From positions 1-23,730 of the forward strand of contig PEXK01000053.1 in NCBI GenBank assembly GCA_002779075.1: a stretch of 23,730 bases of DNA, read 5' to 3'. The notes under the pieces are model-generated. The model made no database searches, was not told where the DNA came from, and was given only the letters and a program-made list of their open reading frames with translations. Made by a program: the position numbers and the translations under genes. Source of the DNA: Candidatus Diapherotrites archaeon CG08_land_8_20_14_0_20_30_16 (lineage in GTDB: Archaea; Iainarchaeota; Iainarchaeia; Iainarchaeales; 0-14-0-20-30-16). Below are positions 22,401 to 23,730 of the stretch, piece by piece (position 1 is the first letter of the stretch; each line of letters opens with the position of its first letter).

Positions 22401-22472
22401 TGCAAGGGCCGGGATTCGAACCCGGATCTAAAGCTTGGGAAGCTTCAATCCTAACCATTGGACGACCATTGC
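22401..22472 (-). tRNA. tRNA-Gly (anticodon CCC)
   Basis: Minus strand reads GCAATGG TC GTCC AATGGTTA GGAT T GAAGC TTCCCAA GCTTT AGAT CCGGG TTCGAAT CCCGG CCCTTGC A. The cloverleaf folds with one U5-C68 mismatch in the acceptor stem. It lies 3 nt upstream of tRNA-Arg. Confidence 0.85.
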
Positions 22473-22496
22473 TTAGGTAAATTTAGTAGAATAATA

Positions 22497-22505
22497 CTTT
22501 TAAAG
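22497..22505 (-). promoter_or_regulatory. Candidate TATA box for the tRNA-Gly/tRNA-Arg transcription unit
   Basis: CTTTAAAAG on the minus strand ends 24 nt upstream of tRNA-Gly position 1, consistent with an archaeal TATA centred near -27/-29. Confidence 0.35.
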
Positions 22506-22586
22506 GGTACTTATGCATATAATATATAAGAAAAACTCTATTTATTAGATTAACCAATATATACAATTATACTGTTTAGTGGTAAG

Positions 22587-23621
22587 ATGACAAGATATAA
22601 TGAAGCTGAGAAGCTAAAGAAGGCACATGATAATATAATGGCTTTGCCTGAAAATGAATTAAAAGATTGGCCTGAAGTAAAAGGCTACGATTTTGAAAAC
22701 CCCTTTAATATAGGTGCATTTTTGGAATCTCTTTATAATACTGGTTTTCAAGCAACAAATTTATACAAGGCAATGAGAATCTTTCAGATGATGAAAGAAG
22801 ACAAAGCAACAATATTTTTTGGATTTACATCTAATATGGCAACGTCTGGCATAAGAGAAATAATTACTTATTTAACAAAACAAAGGATTGTAGGGATTTT
22901 GGTTACTACTGCTGGTGGTGTTGAAGAGGATATTATTAAAACACACAAACCATTTGTTTTGGGGTCATATGATGCAGATGGAAAAGTATTAAGAGATCAA
23001 GGGATTAACAGATCAGGAAATATTTATGTTCCAAATGATAGATATATTTTTTTAGAAGGCTTTATGAACAATGTTTATAATAAAATGTATGATGAACAAA
23101 AGAAAACAGGAAAAATCTTCAATACTTGTGATTTGATGAATTTTATTGGCGAGTTGTTAGATTATTATGAGGGTAAGGAATCAAGTATTTGTTATTGGGC
23201 TTGGAAAAATAAAATACCTTTATTTTGTCCTGGTTTTACAGATGGCTCTTTAGGGGACATTTTATTTTTCTTTAAACAAAGACATCCTGATTTCAAAGTG
23301 GATATTACAGATGATATTGTTGCAATAACAAAAATTGCAATTAATGCAGAAAAAACAGGAATAATTGCATTGGGCGGTTCATTACCTAAACATCATATTG
23401 CAAATGCAAATCTATTTAGAGATGGTGCAGATTACGCAATTTACATGACAACAGCTCAAGAATATGAAGGCTCAAATGCAGGTGCAAATATTGAAGAAGG
23501 CAAGTCTTGGGGAAAAATAAAACCAGATGCAAAAGCAGTAAAAGTTGTTGGTGACTGCTCAATTACATTTCCTTTGCTGGTTGCTGGTCTATTGTATTTA
23601 GAAAAAGAAAACAAAAAATAG
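22587..23621 (+). CDS. dys: Deoxyhypusine synthase
   Basis: Family-typical blocks: FFGFTSNMATSGIREIITYL, VTTAGGVEEDIIK, NRSGNIYVPN, PGFTDGSLGD, GGSLPKHH and EEGKSWGKI (the catalytic Lys region). Confidence 0.92.
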   Translation: MTRYNEAEKLKKAHDNIMALPENELKDWPEVKGYDFENPFNIGAFLESLYNTGFQATNLYKAMRIFQMMKEDKATIFFGFTSNMATSGIREIITYLTKQRIVGILVTTAGGVEEDIIKTHKPFVLGSYDADGKVLRDQGINRSGNIYVPNDRYIFLEGFMNNVYNKMYDEQKKTGKIFNTCDLMNFIGELLDYYEGKESSICYWAWKNKIPLFCPGFTDGSLGDILFFFKQRHPDFKVDITDDIVAITKIAINAEKTGIIALGGSLPKHHIANANLFRDGADYAIYMTTAQEYEGSNAGANIEEGKSWGKIKPDAKAVKVVGDCSITFPLLVAGLLYLEKENKK

Positions 23622-23654
23622 TGCTACAAGAAATCAGCACCTTTGAAATTTTTT
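23621..23654 (+). terminator. Short hairpin plus T-tract after deoxyhypusine synthase
   Basis: GTGCT (23621-23625) pairs with AGCAC (23636-23640), followed by TTTTTT at 23649-23654. The stem is weak. Confidence 0.3.
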
Positions 23655-23730
23655 GCTTTTAATCTGTTTATTAGTTCTTGGTTTTTTGGTACTTTCTCAG
23701 ATACTTGCCTGTCACCAATTTTATTTTCAG

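Noticed and set aside
22202-22480. 92-aa plus-strand ORF listed in the six-frame track
   Set aside because: It lies entirely antisense to the two tRNA genes and the tRNA intron. Its only GC-rich, 'protein-like' parts are the tRNA stems. There is no SD or promoter context. Treated as spurious.
23671-23730. Open minus-strand frame at the right window edge (…LKIKLVTGKYLRKYQKTKN*, stop at 23671-23673)
   Set aside because: Only 19 codons are visible and there is no recognisable motif. It may be the 3' end of a convergent gene, but that cannot be supported from this window.

Overview
Visibly AT-rich chromosomal fragment that looks archaeal. The evidence is a zinc-ribbon plus HTH MBF1, a deoxyhypusine synthase, a tRNA with a bulge-helix-bulge-type intron at position 37/38, TTTATAT/TTTAAAAG TATA-like boxes, and GGTGAT Shine-Dalgarno motifs in front of operon-internal genes. 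Gyrase plus compact, overlapping genes and large surface proteins suggest a small-genome DPANN-like archaeon; that is inference and cannot be verified here. I support 16 protein-coding genes and 2 tRNAs. Left to right they are: a 5'-truncated CARDB-repeat surface protein; a HAD hydrolase; a frameshifted Bro-N/antirepressor-like gene; a cysteine-synthase-family PLP enzyme; a gyrA-gyrB operon (minus strand); an operon encoding a 1005-aa doubly anchored surface protein, an ABC ATPase and an ABC-2 permease (minus strand); a P-type cation ATPase with a small His/Asp-motif membrane protein; a pyruvoyl AdoMet decarboxylase; MBF1; an M50 site-2 protease; an HhH-GPD glycosylase; a tRNA-Gly(CCC)/tRNA-Arg(CCU) pair; and deoxyhypusine synthase. 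Most unusual items: (1) a 392-aa intein in GyrA carrying an HNH (not LAGLIDADG) nuclease module, inserted between GNFG and SVDGD; (2) a 201-nt intron in tRNA-Arg(CCU) built almost entirely of consecutive hairpins; (3) a triple tandem 38-39 bp TATA-containing intergenic repeat with a 23/26-identical fourth copy 17.8 kb away; (4) the uncharacterised surface-protein/ABC-2 operon; (5) the frameshifted Bro-N gene. No CRISPR array, rRNA or transposase was seen.
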